Shown here: in pieces, positions 35,641 through 35,756 of the stretch
How the letters are laid out: every line of letters starts with the position of its first letter
Numbering within the stretch: position 1 is the stretch's first letter
Assembly (NCBI RefSeq): GCF_001194135.2
Contig: NC_069006.1
Location: 14,950,255 to 14,986,010, forward strand
Reading direction: 5' to 3'
Length of the DNA stretch: 35,756 nucleotides
Origin: Octopus bimaculoides
Taxonomy: Eukaryota
Translations under genes and position numbers: made by a program
The notes under the pieces: model-generated
Databases searched by the model: none
The model's input: the letters and a program-made list of their open reading frames with translations, nothing else
What the model was told of the DNA's origin: nothing

Positions 35641-35756
35641 CATAGAAAATTCTCAAAAACTTGGTTCCAAACTTTGTCAGAAAAGAGTAGGGAAATATCA
35701 AAAGAATGGAAGGCTCTAGTTTCCAAATTTTCCTTCCACAAAGACTTCCATCAAAG

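Overview
Eukaryotic, AT-rich, repeat-saturated window from a gapped draft assembly: 17 N-gaps, about 5.3 kb, mostly at microsatellites. The SINE families, recognised from memory and not by database search, point to an Octopus-type cephalopod genome (inference). No host protein-coding gene can be supported; nearly all ORFs in the supplied track are microsatellite or N-gap read-throughs. Supportable content: at least four tRNA-derived SINE families in many copies, three decayed R4/Dong-like (restriction-like endonuclease) retrotransposon fragments (one sits in a TAA array), an RTE LINE 3' end, and mini/microsatellites. The most interesting signal is a set of type-I hammerhead ribozyme (HHR) motifs in three unrelated small elements. 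(1) 20137-20443: 78-bp near-perfect inverted repeats enclose a canonical-core HHR on the minus strand. (2) 6318-6886: a direct repeat (359-nt offset) holds two HHRs with complementary defects that might rescue each other as a dimer. (3) 3955-4163: a fold-back element carries a non-canonical CCGACGA core. Three to four further decayed HHR-like relics are present. HHRs in Penelope-like pLTRs and retrozymes are established knowledge; the specific architectures here are what merit testing. All folds were paired by eye and no activity is shown.
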